A DNA stretch of 64,000 nt from Planktothrix sp. GU0601_MAG3 (GTDB lineage: Bacteria; Cyanobacteriota; Cyanobacteriia; Cyanobacteriales; Microcoleaceae). Of the stretch, positions 22,342 through 34,381 are shown piece by piece. How positions within the stretch are numbered: the first letter of the stretch is position 1; the number at the start of each line of letters is the position of its first letter. Where the stretch lies: the NCBI GenBank assembly GCA_035193785.1, contig CP136572.1:4916578-4980577 (forward strand), read 5' to 3'. The notes below the pieces were generated by a model. That model was given only the letters and a program-made list of their open reading frames with translations, was not told the DNA's origin and searched no databases. Made by a program: the position numbers and the translations under genes.

Positions 22342-24517
22342 ATGCTGGGAACCACACTAGGCGGACGCTACCACATTTTGCAATCCTTGGGGGGTGGAGG
22401 ATTTGCCCGCACCTATTTGGCGGAAGATCGTCAACTCCCCGATCGCCATCAATGTGTAGTTAAACAACTCAAACCCCACGCCGCAAACCCCGCCACTTTA
22501 CAAATTGCTCGGCGTTTATTTGAAACAGAAGCTCAAGTTTTATATCGTTTAGGACATCACGAACAAATTCCCCAGTTATTTGCTTTTTTTGAAGAAGATC
22601 AAGAATTTTATTTAGTTCAAGAATTTATTGAAGGTCACGATTTAACTCAAGAATTAATCCCTGATTTTTCCGTTTCCCCCACCCTACCGCCTCCTAATTC
22701 TTCTATTCATTCGAGTTTAATTCAAGTTCTCCCGAATACGCCTAAAGGACGTTTAAATGAATCGGAAACTATTATCTTATTACAGGATATTTTAAAAATA
22801 TTAGATTTTGTCCATCAGCAAAATGTTATTCACCGGGATATTAGTCCTAAAAATATAATTCGACGCAAAAAAGATCATCAATTAGTTTTAATTGATTTTG
22901 GAGCGGTGAAACAGATTACAACCCAAATGTTAAATGCTCCGGGTCACAGTGGTTTGAGTATCGGGATTGGAAACACCCGGTTATATGCCCGGTGAGCAAG
23001 CTCGGGGAAATCCTAAACCCAGTAGTGATATTTATGCGGTGGGAATGATTGGGATTCAAGCCTTAACTGGAATTACGCCCCATCAGTTACAAATTGATCC
23101 CGATACGGAGGAAATTATTTGGCAAAATCAAGGGAGTGTGAGTCCAGAATTGGCTGAAGTTTTAAATAAAATGATCCGGTATGATTTTCGAGAACGATAT
23201 GGGTCAGCCAGAGAAGCATTAGAAGCAATAAAAAGTCTAAATAAACCCAATATAGCAACGCTTCCAGCTTTTAATTATTGGCTTAATCCTTTAAAAATTC
23301 AGCCAAAAAAAACAAAAATTTATTTAACTATAATGGCAACATTGGGATTAATAGGATTAGGGACGGGAACCGGACTTTATTTATGGTCTTCTCTGAAATC
23401 TTCTAATGCAATAGAACTCTATAACCAAGGGAATACTTTATCTCAATTAAACCGTTATCCCGAGGCTTTGAGACGTTATGATCAAGCTCTTAAGTTAATG
23501 CCCGATTATAAAGAAGTCTGGAATAATAAAGCTAAAATTTTATATAAATTAGAACAATATTCCCAAGCTCAAGAAGCCTATGATAAAGCGATTCAAATTG
23601 ATCCAAATTATACTGAATCTTGGATCGGTCGGGGAAAAGTTCTGAGTGCTTTGGGAAAGTATGCGGAGGCTTTAACCGCTTTTGAACAAGCAATTAAACA
23701 AAATCAAAATCAGGTGGAAGCTTGGCTAGGAAAAGGAGATGTTTTACTCAACTTCAAACGCTATGAAGAAGCAATTCAATCTTATCAAGTGGTTTTAGAT
23801 GAGTTTCCTGATTCCTTTGAAGCCTTATCTAAAACGGGAAAAACCTATCATTATTTAGAAGATTATCAAAATGCTTTTAAATTTTATGATCAAGCGGTTA
23901 AAGTTAAACCGAATGATCCGAATGCGTGGTATCACCGAGGGAATGCTTTAATGAAACTTAAACGCTATCAAGAGGCGACAGATTCCTACGATAAGGCGGT
24001 GCGTTTTAATCCTAATTTTTCCGCCGCTTGGTATAGTCTAGGTCAGGGATTATTAAAACAAAACAGGACAAAAGAAGCTGTTGAATCCTTTGAAAAAGCG
24101 GTTAAAATTCAACCCAATTACTATCAATCTTGGTATGATTTAGGATGGTCATTGCATCAACTTAAACGCTATGAAGAAGCAATTTCCGCCTATGATCAAG
24201 CCTTAAAAATTAAACCCAATAATTATTTAACCTGGTATAATCGAGGGAACTCTTTATATAATTTAGGGGATTATCAAGGGGCGATCGCTTCCTATGATCA
24301 GGCGACTAATCAACAAATCAATCATGGAGAATCTTGGTACAGTCGGGGTAATGCTTTAGCGAATTTAAAGCAATATCCCGAGGCTATTTCTTCATATCAA
24401 AACGCCTTACAATATAATCCAGATTATCCAGCCGCAAAGGAAGCGAAAGAAAAGATAGAACAACAAATTGAAGTCTTAAATAACCCAACAAATTCTACGA
24501 AACCCGTAGGATTTTAG
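22342..24517 (+). CDS. Ser/Thr protein kinase with TM segment and C-terminal TPR repeats; frameshift near 22972
   Basis: LGGGGFARTY, HRDISPKN, DFGAVK, TPGYMP and many W-Y-x-R-G-N TPR units. Confidence 0.92.
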
Positions 24518-24524
24518 ACGTTCT

Positions 24525-24941
24525 TTAATCGAATTGCCAATCAACTCGCTCGGCGTGACCCCAAAATGCTTCTAATTTGTAGAAATCTCGGCCTTCGGGC
24601 AACAAAATATGGACAATCACATCACCATAATCCATTAAAACCCAGTTGCCCTCGTTCTGGCCCTCGACTCTCAGGGGCAACTGTTCTAATTCTATTTCTA
24701 CTTGGTCTGAAATCGCCTGAGAAATTGCCCGGAGTTGGGCTTGGGAAAAACCGGTGACAATTACAAAATAATCCGCTAAATAAGAGACTTCCGACACACG
24801 CAGAACCAGAATATCATCCGCTTTCCGGTCATCTGCGGCTCGGGCTGCGACTAGGGCAGTTTCCCGACTGGTGTGCTCATCAACATTGGCGCGAGATATC
24901 ATTTGCTTAGAAGCATATTGGGTTTGGGCATGATCAACCAT
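24525..24941 (-). CDS. rsfS: Ribosome silencing factor (Iojap family)
   Basis: [30 protein letters not shown] and FYKLEAFW. Confidence 0.93.
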   Translation of the reverse strand: MVDHAQTQYASKQMISRANVDEHTSRETALVAARAADDRKADDILVLRVSEVSYLADYFVIVTGFSQAQLRAISQAISDQVEIELEQLPLRVEGQNEGNWVLMDYGDVIVHILLPEGRDFYKLEAFWGHAERVDWQFD

Positions 24942-25050
24942 TCAGTTTTTTTTCCTTGTATGAAATTAAGAGTAACAATCAAATCGAGATATAGTGATTA
25001 TTTTAATCATTATTTTCGATTTTGGAGGCTGAGGTTAAAGATAAAATCGG

Positions 25051-26290
25051 CTATTCCGGGGTTAATACCTGTGTAAATAACTGTTCATACTGGTCTAACG
25101 CCTGTTCGATGCTATAATTTTCCTCAGCATATTTTCGCCCAGATTTGCCCAAGGTTTTTAACTGCTCTGGATTTTTGTGAAGCTCAGTAATCGCCTGGGC
25201 TAAACTCTCTGGATCTTCGGGAGGTACCACAATTCCCCCGCCACTTTTAAGAATCACATCTTTAGCGGTTCCCGTATCAGGAACAGAACCAACAATAGCA
25301 CAACCACTGGCTAATAAAACCGGAATTTTTGAGGGGAGATTAAAAACCGTTACTCGTTTTTTTTGCACCACCAATCCCACATCCGCCGCGGCTAACATCT
25401 CGGGTAATTTTTCCCTGGGCTCGAGGGGAATTAATAAAACGTTTTCCGTCTGATATTCCTGACAGGCCTTTTCTAACTGTTGTAAAGCCTCCTGCTCCCC
25501 AGCAATGACAAAAGAGATTTCAGGAATAGACTGTAATAACTTGGCGGCTTTAATGACCGTTTCTAAACCTTGAGTTAAAGCAATATTCCCAGAATAAAGA
25601 ACGACAAACTGATCTTGAAGTTGATACTTAATCCTAAAGGAATTATTTGTTTTTGATAAGGGTTTAATAAAATTAGTATCTACCCAATTGGGAATACAAA
25701 CAATTTTATCTTTTGGGATGCCGAGTTCTACTAATTTATCCACAAAACCATCGGCAATTACACTAATCCGATTTACCTTTTCGTATGTAAACTGTTCTAC
25801 AAATTTGGCGGTTTTAATCACAATACCATCGGGATTAACCAACTTGACCCGCAGGGCAGCTTCCGAAACAATATCCTGAATATTCAAGATCACCGGACAA
25901 CGGCGCACCCCGGCATAAATACTCACCGGAACACTCACCAATAAAGGAGGCACCGTAGCAAAAATAATATCAGGTCGCCAACCGTTAAACGCCTGAACTA
26001 TGCTGGTCATCATAAAACTACTATCCAGTAGCAGACGATCCAATAATCCAGGTTTGGGGCCATGCACCCAAATATAGCTGCGCTGAATCATCACCCCATT
26101 TCGTTCTTCCGTCAGATATAACTTATTTTGGTATCCCTGATAAATCCGGCGCTCTGGATAATTGGGCATTCCTGTCACCACCCGCACCTCATGGCCGCGC
26201 CTCACCAGACCCTCTGCAAGTTCTGTCATTAGAGGAGCAATACCAATGGGTTTCAGGATAATAGTTATAGGAGTAAATCAGTATACGCAT
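25051..26290 (-). CDS. Family 4 glycosyltransferase (WcaI-like); frameshift near the 5' end
   Basis: MRILIYSYNYYPE start at 26290; TGMPNYP, YSGNIALTQG and PSKI. Confidence 0.88.
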
Positions 26291-26297
26291 ACAGTTA

Positions 26298-27948
26298 TCA
26301 GTTATCAGTTTTGGGTTTGATTACCAAGAGCATCTCTACCTCAACCTCTGAGGGATCGGGAAAATTGGCACTAATTCCCACCCCTCGAATCGAATTTAGC
26401 ATAGTCATTCTATTGGGTTGAAGGGCGATCGCCGGGGATGCTAATAGATATCCCATCGCCCAGGATGTCATTTTTTCCATATCTAAATAGACATAACTAT
26501 GGTGGGAATTCGGTAGGGATTTACTAATTTCTTGAAACCGTTGGCTTCGGTTCAGGGGGTCGGTGGGATTCTGAGTGATCGCTTCCACCACTGGCCCGCC
26601 AAAGGCAACAAACATCACATTAGGACTTAACCATCCATGTCCGAATAGTGTTCCCTGTTTCGGGTCATTCCATTCCGTCACCTCAATACCAGATAAACTC
26701 CTTTGTTCAATATTAATCGGAGGATTGCCCCCAGCAACCAGAGTATTGAGTTTATTTAACATTGTTTCCGCGGCCGGGCGATCGCTAGTTTCAATTAACA
26801 AAACTCCCCCCAACCCCAGGGACGCTAATACTCCTTTTTCAGAAGCGATCGCCGCCAAGGCAAACTCCCCATCCATCCAGCCAAATACCTCCCTGTCCGC
26901 ATCCAAATTAATCGCTTGCAGTCCCAAACGAATTTGACTAATTATCCCTTTTAAATCCCGGTTATTTTCCCCCAAAGTTACAAACTCTAACCAAAATTGA
27001 TGCAGATCATGGCTATTCACCAGGGCTAAGGTGTTACTAGGAAAACGATCGAGCATTTTCCCAAATTCCGGCAGTTGTTGGGATACCTTGCCATTGGGAC
27101 GTAATTGAGCCATAGCTTTCAAACGAACCCCATCCCCTTCCACCCCAACCCCAATGACCATTGATTGAATGGGTTGCAGCGAAGATAGGGATTGACCGGA
27201 TAAACTCAAAACTTCTGGCCAAGTGCTGCTCAAATCCTGGGTTAGCCGATCATAATCGGCAATAAACACCGTCACCAAAGGATTAGCAAAATTGGCACTT
27301 TTAAAAAATAGGTCGGATTTTCCCGATAAACTGACCAAGGAAGGAGAACCCATAAAAGTGTCGATCGCCCGTTTCACGGTTTCAGGATTAGCCGCGATTA
27401 CTACCTGATCGTTAATAACCGCCACATTATATTGTTTTCCGGTTTTTTCGGTATAACTAGATAGAGTCACCCCTCGATATTGACTCTGTTGAGATTTAAT
27501 ATCCGATGAAGTGTTTAATTTTTGGGCAAATTGCCAAGCCTTCCATTTATTTTTAATTCCCACAACCATTAATAATTGGGCATCCGTTGCGGGTTTAATT
27601 CCATCGGTGGGAAGTAAAGCCACCATCACCCCACCGATCCAAGGTTGAATATCCCGATTAAAATTAATCGTCGCCCCAGCTAAACTCTGTTGTTGAAAAA
27701 TTTTGATTCCCCGACTCACTAATGCTTGAGCTTCCGGCGTGCCAAAATTTTCTAATTCCGATAGGACTTGAGGCGTTACCGATAGATAGGTGGCCATGAT
27801 CGCCCGATCCGGCACCAGTTTGCCACTTTCTAAGGAACTATAGGCTTTGTACCCCTCGGTATTCAAGTAAAGGGCCGCGGCGACACTCCCACAGACAGTC
27901 AGCGCCGCCACAGCCAGAAACTAACTTAGATTTTTTTCGGGTCAGCAT
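26298..27948 (-). CDS. DUF3352-like membrane-anchored protein; frameshift near the 5' end
   Basis: N-terminal hydrophobic anchor; DIQPWIG and WMDGEFALA motifs. Confidence 0.7.
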
Positions 27949-28095
27949 GATGATTTTTTCGCGGAGGTTTGGGTGATCACCCAAGGTTTCGGTTAATTTT
28001 CTCCATGTTAGCTGGTTACCCATGGGGGGAAGGGGGCGAAGATTTGTTAATCTAAAGACAAAGGTGCGACTATTCAGCCATTACGAGTCATTTCA

Positions 28096-29022
28096 ATGAA
28101 AGTAGCAGTTACGGGAGCAACAGGTTTTGTCGGCAGTCGTTTAGTCGAACGACTCCAACGGTCAGGACATTCGGTATTAATTCTAACCCGTCATCGGGAG
28201 CGGGCGAAACGGGTATTTTCCAGTTCTGTCTATTCCCAGTTAGAAATTGTCGGTTACACTCCCACCCTATCAGGTGCTTGGCAACAGGCGATTTCGGGAT
28301 GTGATGGGGTGGTGAATTTAGCCGGGGCGGGAATTGCCGATGAAAGATGGACGCCACAACGCAAACAGGAAATTTTAGAAAGTCGGGCTACGGCTACCCA
28401 GAAATTAGTCGAGGCGATCGCTTTAGCTCATACTAAACCCAGTGTCTTGGTTAGTGCTTCGGCCATCGGCTATTACGGAACCAGCGAAACCGCCCTCTTT
28501 GATGAACATAGCCCCTCTGGACAGGATTTTCTAGCGAAGGTCTGTCTTGCTTGGGAAACCGCGGCCCAACAGGTTCAGGAAGCGGAAACCCGTTTAGTTA
28601 TTTTAAGATTAGGGATTGTTTTAGCCATGGGGGGAGCTTTAGGAAAAATGCTGACTCCCTTTAAACTGTTTGCCGGGGGGCCATTGGGTTCGGGAGAACA
28701 ATGGTTTTCTTGGATTCATCGGGAGGATTTAGTCGATTTAATCCTATTAAGTTTAACCAATTCTCAAATTGAAGGGGTACTCAATGCCACCGCCCCCAAC
28801 CCGGTCAGAATGGGACAGTTATGTAACGCTTTGGGGGAAGTTTTGAATCGTCCCTCTTGGCTTCCAGTTCCCGATTTTGCCCTGGAAATGTTATTAGGGG
28901 ATGCCGCCCAAGTCATTCTCCAAGGTCAACAAGTCCTACCAAGACGTACCCTATCCTACAATTTCAATTATCAATATCCCACCGTTAAACCAGCCCTAGA
29001 AGACATTTTATCTTCTTCATAA
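28096..29022 (+). CDS. TIGR01777-family NAD-dependent epimerase/oxidoreductase
   Basis: TGATGFVG, VVNLAGA, SASAIGYYG, WIHREDL and NATAPNPV. Confidence 0.9.
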   Translation: MKVAVTGATGFVGSRLVERLQRSGHSVLILTRHRERAKRVFSSSVYSQLEIVGYTPTLSGAWQQAISGCDGVVNLAGAGIADERWTPQRKQEILESRATATQKLVEAIALAHTKPSVLVSASAIGYYGTSETALFDEHSPSGQDFLAKVCLAWETAAQQVQEAETRLVILRLGIVLAMGGALGKMLTPFKLFAGGPLGSGEQWFSWIHREDLVDLILLSLTNSQIEGVLNATAPNPVRMGQLCNALGEVLNRPSWLPVPDFALEMLLGDAAQVILQGQQVLPRRTLSYNFNYQYPTVKPALEDILSSS

Positions 29023-29027
29023 ATAAA

Positions 29028-29106
29028 CACAGATTTAAGAGAATTAAGCAGATTAACACATATTAAAATCCGTGAAATCCGCGAAATCCTCTTAAATCCG
29101 TGATCC
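29028..29106. repeat. Single copy of the ~90-bp palindromic element that is tandemly amplified at 63231..63590
   Basis: Shares ATTAACACATATTAAAATCCGTGAAATCCGCGAAATCC with the 63.2-63.6 kb units. Confidence 0.8.
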
Positions 29107-29122
29107 TCTTTACCCATTAATA

Positions 29123-30500
29123 ATGAATCATTTCAATCAAGCTCGTTCTAGTTTAAAACAAACTTTATCCCGTTATCACAATTTACGACGGGGGCGAAGG
29201 AGTTCCCATCCTGAATTACAAGCGACAATACAAAAACAGTTAGAAATTATATCAACTAATTTAGAAAAACTAGAACAAGGAATTATTAGAATCGCCGTAT
29301 TTGGTTTAGTTAGTCGGGGAAAATCGGCGGTTTTAAATGCCTTATTAGGGGAAAAAATACTCCAAACCGGGCCGTTAAACGGAGTGACTCAATGGCCCCG
29401 TTCTATTCGTTGGAGTGTGCCGTTATCGCAAATTGAAGAAACCCAATAGAATTGATGATATTGACGAACAAAATCCGATGCAAGTTGAATTAATCGATAC
29501 CCCAGGATTAGATGAAGTCGCCGGACAGGTAAGGGGAGATATGGCACATGAAGTCACCCGTCAAGCGGATTTAATTTTATTTGTGGTATCGGGGGATTTA
29601 ACTAGAACTGAATATGAGGCTTTATTGGAACTACAAAATGCCCATAAACCATTAATTATTGTTTTTAATAAAATTGATTTATACACGGAAACAGAACAGG
29701 AAAAAATTTATCAAAATTTACAAAAACTCGCTCAAAATCCAGATATTTCCCCTATTGAATCTGCCAATAAATCCAAAGCATTTGAGATTGTCAAGGTATC
29801 AGCAGAACCCGCACCCATCCAACTTAGAATTGAATGGCCGGATGGTCGAATATCCTACGAATGGGAAGCTCCACCATCCCAAATTGATGAATTAAAACAG
29901 ATTATTTTAAAGCTATTAAATCGAGAAGGACGCTCACTTTTGGCTTTAAATGCTTTAGTTCAAGGGAGAGAAGCCGAACGGATTATCGCCCGTCAAAGTA
30001 TTGAATTGCAAGCGGCGGAAGCCGAGGAATTAATCTGGAAATTTACTCGTTATAAAGCCCTAGCGGTAGCCTTAAATCCCATTGCAATTTTAGATGTATT
30101 GGGTGCAACCATTAGCGATTTGATTTTAATTCGTTCTTTAGCCCGTTTATATGGTTTACCCATGACCAGTTATCAAGCGGGGAAATTATGGAAAAAAATT
30201 CTATTAAGTTCGGGAGGATTACTATTAGCAGAAATGGGTAGCGGTTGGATATTAGGATTTGGAAAAAGTGCCGCCGGGTTAGCAACGGATATCGCTAATT
30301 ATGCCGGAATTGCGATTACTCAAGCCTCAATTTCTGCCTATCTAACCTATACCGTCGGTCAGGCGGCGCAAGTCTATTTAGAAAAGGGCTGTACCTGGGG
30401 TGAACAGGGGATTGATACCGCAATTCAAGAGATTTTAAATCAAGTTAACCGAGATAGTTTTATTATGCGCTTAAAGTCGGAAATTGATCGGAGTTCCTAA
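29123..30500 (+). CDS. GTP-binding protein with C-terminal DUF697-like region; frameshift near 29440
   Basis: GLVSRGKS (G1), DTPG (G3), NKID (G4) and a hydrophobic C-terminal helix pair. Confidence 0.85.
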
Positions 30501-30931
30501 TTTGATTTTTGGGAGGTAGATTCAGTGGAATTAGGCTCTTTTGTGGGAAAGGTGATAAAATTACCAAATCCCCCCAGGGTTTGATATTTATATCCGGCAA
30601 CTTCGGTAGTATAAACACTAAATAAAATCGCGTTTTGTTGGGTTGTGGATTTATCCACCGTGTCTTTAATTAAGTTACGTTGGGTGGTAACTAAGGTATT
30701 ACAAGTATTAACTAAGGTGCTAGAAAATCCTTTTAAAAATTCAGGGACTTTAGATTCTTTACAAATTGATTTTTTAATTTCGGTGGATAATTGATCAGAA
30801 GCATAATTAATATATTCTTCTCGATGGGGATTGGTAAATGCCATGGTTCCGGCTAAAATAGTCAGTAGGATTGCACCTTTTCCCAGATAACCCGAAGATG
30901 ATTTAGATGGAGCGTAATCAAGTCTCGCCAT
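30497..30931 (-). CDS. DUF4359-like protein
   Basis: Hydrophobic helix then TNP...Y..YA; FSVYTT...LGGFGNF. Confidence 0.7.
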   Translation of the reverse strand: MARLDYAPSKSSSGYLGKGAILLTILAGTMAFTNPHREEYINYASDQLSTEIKKSICKESKVPEFLKGFSSTLVNTCNTLVTTQRNLIKDTVDKSTTQQNAILFSVYTTEVAGYKYQTLGGFGNFITFPTKEPNSTESTSQKSN

Positions 30932-31169
30932 GGCATTTCCTAAAAATAACAGACTATCTTGATTATATCTTTCCAGGGTTCTGCTGTCGCTTCAGGATTT
31001 CACTAGAAGCAGAAAAACCAGGTTTTGGAGTAAACGCTTGGAATTGCGACTCTCAAGATGGTTATTAAAAACTTCTAGGGCGATATTGAGAAGTTTTTAT
31101 CTAAATACCTTCAAATGTCTTCAGGTAGTTTAGCATAAAAAATCCGTTGTTGGGCCTTAGCCCAGACTG

Positions 31170-31417
31170 GTAGGGGCGGGTTCGAGACAATCTTTCCAAC
31201 TCAGCAGAAATCTTAATTAACCCGCCTTTCTTCTTCTTTCCAATAATTACCGATAATTTTTCCATCTAACCGCGAGGATGGGGCGGGTTTATGAATCTTA
31301 ATTGGGGTAACAAAAACCCTGAGAAACCCGCCCCTACAATTGTACAATTTGAGAAGGATGGGGCGGGTTTATGAATCTTAATTGGGGTAACAAAAACCCT
31401 GAGAAACCCTCCCCTAC
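31170..31417. repeat. REP-like GTAGGGGCGGGTT/AACCCGCCCCTAC cluster with a duplicated ~60-bp unit
   Basis: GGGCGGGTTTATGAATCTTAATTGGGGTAACAAAAACCCTGAGAAACCC occurs twice. Confidence 0.8.
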
Positions 31418-31431
31418 GAATCCGTTTAACC

Positions 31432-32278
31432 CTAAACTACTGTTTTCCGCAAAAATAATATTATGGCTTCACTAATTTCCTTTGGCCAATGTTCCTGGGG
31501 ATAATGTCCGGCTTTTTCTAAGGTGACAATTTCCGCCCCAGAAATCCCTTTAGCAAAGGTTTCAACATCAGCAAAATTCAACCAAGGATCGATTAATCCC
31601 CAAATAATTTGAGTCGGGCGATCCCAATTTTTAAAGCCAGATTCTATTTCAATCATAGCATCTTTTAAACGTAAATTTTTTAAGGTTGCTAAGAGCGATC
31701 GCCCCGCAGCAGAGGCTTTTAAAAACGGACTCCGATACACTTCTAAAACCTTATCCTCAATTACATATTTACTGCCGCCTTCTAAGGTTTCTATCTACTA
31801 ATAAAGGATCTTGAGTGATCATATCTCCCACAAAAGGTAAGGCCATTTGTTGTAATTTCCAGGGGAGTTTAGCTGAGGTGGAAATAGGAGTATTGAGAAT
31901 AATTAATTTTTCAATTTGTTCGGGATAACGCAGGGCATATTGTAACCCAACCGAACCCAAAAACCCCTGCACAACTAAATAAAATTTTTCTATTTTTAAT
32001 TGTTCTAAAAATCCCCCTAACCCCTGAATAAAAGCATCGGTCGTATAGGCAAAATCCCGTTTATCCGGTTTTCCCGAATATCCAGAACCTATCCAGTCCG
32101 GTGCGATCGCTTTATATCCTTGTTTTTCTAATTCATCTAAAATCACTAACCAACTATAACTCTGAGAAACTAATCCATGCAAAAATACCACAGGAATTTT
32201 ATCATTAGTTTCGGGATTTGTTTCCCGATAAAACCAATCTAAAGACCCGACTTTAATCTCGTTTTTAGTAATTGACAT
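31432..32278 (-). CDS. Alpha/beta-fold hydrolase; frameshift near 31790
   Basis: Start MSITKNEIKVG at 32278; VFLHG, APDWIGSGYS and AGHYPQE. Confidence 0.85.
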
Positions 32279-32287
32279 AATGTGGTA

Positions 32288-32463
32288 GGGAATAGGGAAC
32301 AGGGGGAGGGGAGCAGGGGAGCAGGGGAGCAGGGGGGGCAGGGGAGGCAGGGGGGGCAGGGGAGGCAGGGGAGGCAGGGGGGGCAGGGGAGGCAGGGGAG
32401 GTAGGGGAGCAGGGGGGGCAGGGGGGGCAGGGGAGGCAGGGGAGTAGGGGAGCAGGGGGAGGT
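32288..32463 (+). repeat. G-rich 8/9-mer tandem repeat (GGGGAGCA / GGGGAGGCA / GGGGGGGCA)
   Basis: Direct reading. Confidence 0.9.
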
Positions 32464-32473
32464 AAACTCCTTC

Positions 32474-32580
32474 TATTACCCATTCGTAATTCGTAATTCG
32501 TAATTTACTATTCCCCATTCGTAATTCGTAATTCGTAATTCAAAAACAGTTGTAGAGACGCTAAATTTAACGTCTCTACA
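32474..32580. repeat. (TTCGTAA)n heptamers plus the hairpin TGTAGAGACG...CGTCTCTACA downstream of petA
   Basis: Direct reading; hairpin at 32551..32580. Confidence 0.8.
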
Positions 32581-32610
32581 AAGGTTTAAATCACTAAAAT
32601 GATTCAAAAG

Positions 32611-33595
32611 TTAGAAATTCATTTCAGCAGCTTGAACTTTCTCGATTTGTTTTTTCTTCATTACCAGCATCACTTGGGCTAACATCACCAAAGCGATAAA
32701 GGCAATTAAGCCAGTAACACGAGTAGAACTTTGCAGAACAATTTCGGTGTCATGTTGACCAAAACCGCCCACGTTGGGGTTATTGGTTAAAAGCTCACCG
32801 ACTGCAACGGTTTGACCTTCAGAAACAACTAGAGAGGGGCCAAGGGGAATTTCATCGACAACGGTTTGACCGTCTGCCTTTTGAATAGTAACTTGGGAAC
32901 CTGATTCTGCGTCCGTTGTTATCTGGGTAATGGTTTCCAGCAGCAGAGGCTTTATAAACGGTATTATTGCTAGAGCTTCCGGTCGGATAGACTTGACCGC
33001 GACCTCGGTTTCCACCGACATGAATAGCAAATTTACCATAGTGAACGGATTTATCCGTTTCGGGGTTAGGAGACAACACTGGGAAGATAATTTCTTGATG
33101 TTCTTCTCCGGGTAATGGCCCAACAATCACCACATTTTCTTGATCTTCCCGATAGGGTTGGAAGTACAAATCACCGATTTCTTCTTTCCATTCTTCAGGA
33201 ATCCGATCTTCTGGAGCAATTTTAAAGCCTTCGGGCAGCATTAACACCGCGCCGACGTTTAAACCACCTTTGCTACCATCGGCCGTGACCTGCTGAATAT
33301 TGGTATCGTAGGGGATTTTGACAACGGCCTTAAAAACTGTATCTGGTAAAACCGAAGTGGGAACTTCAATTTCTGTAGATTTTGCTGCTAAGTGACAGTT
33401 GGCACAAACAATCCGTCCCGTGGCTTCCCGGGGGGTTAGGGGAGCGGTTTCTTGTGCCCAAAAGGGATAGGCCGCCGCCGACTGGGGTAGGGCAAAATCA
33501 CTGGTTAGGAAGAAAGCAACCGTTGCTACGGCAACCCAAAGGATTTTCCAAGCCCGCAAACGAGGCATTTTTACTAATTGATCAATTGGTTGCAT
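32611..33595 (-). CDS. petA: Apocytochrome f; frameshift near 32936; start codon uncertain
   Basis: Mature N-terminus YPFWAQ, heme motif [14 protein letters not shown] and [15 protein letters not shown]. Confidence 0.97.
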
Positions 33596-33697
33596 TACTA
33601 ATGTTCTATTTCTGGTTAAAGTCAACAGAATCAATGATCACAGAGTTTAGATTTTAGGTATTTATCTAAAATCTAAAATCCTAGAATTTAAAATTTA

Positions 33698-34237
33698 TTA
33701 AGACCACCAGGGATTTTCACCCGTGCGGAAATCGGTTTCTGCCCAAGTTGTAAAGCTCAATTTGTCATCCGCTACCGTGGCGTGAACCAGGGGTAGGGAT
33801 AACGGTGCTGGCCCGCGAACAACTTTGCCCTCGGCGTTATATTGGGAGCCGTGACAGGGACACATAAATTTGTTTTCGCTGGCATTCCAGGGGACAACGC
33901 ACCCCAAGTGGGTACAAACCGCATTGATTCCATATTCGGCTAAGGTGGAATCGGATTCAATCACCATATAGGTGGGGTCGCCTTTTAATCCTTGGGCTAA
34001 AACTCGGTCGCCCGGTTTATGGCTGGATAAAAATTCGCTGACGATAACATCGTTACCCAGGGCATCTTTAGCCGTGACACCGCCACCAGCCGCACCGCTA
34101 GAGGGAGGCAGAAAAAATTTGATCACCGGATACAGCGCCCCGACAGCAACGCCTGTAACTGTACCGAAGGTCAGTAAGTTCATGAATTGACGACGCCCCA
34201 TACTGGGAGCATCGGAGGTTACTGAAATTTGAGTCAT
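33698..34237 (-). CDS. petC: Cytochrome b6f Rieske iron-sulfur subunit
   Basis: Tat-like RRQFMN; CTHLGC and CPCHGS. Confidence 0.98.
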   Translation of the reverse strand: MTQISVTSDAPSMGRRQFMNLLTFGTVTGVAVGALYPVIKFFLPPSSGAAGGGVTAKDALGNDVIVSEFLSSHKPGDRVLAQGLKGDPTYMVIESDSTLAEYGINAVCTHLGCVVPWNASENKFMCPCHGSQYNAEGKVVRGPAPLSLPLVHATVADDKLSFTTWAETDFRTGENPWWS

Positions 34238-34381
34238 AACTGACGCAGCTTGTCTGTGTGATTGTTAGTTAATACTAGGCAAAGAGGCCGTTGATCTACT
34301 GAATTTAGTTGAACATCTGACCCACTCGATTGAATAACCGCAAGCCCGATCTTCCTTCTATAAGCATTATCACATTATTTG

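Noticed and set aside
30932..31170. Possible ncRNA or tRNA in this intergenic gap
   Set aside because: Only short hairpins; no cloverleaf or recognisable RNA family.
32265..32518. Pro-rich N-terminal extension of the hydrolase and an overlapping ORF
   Set aside because: Translation of the G-rich repeat; the likely start is the ATG at 32278.
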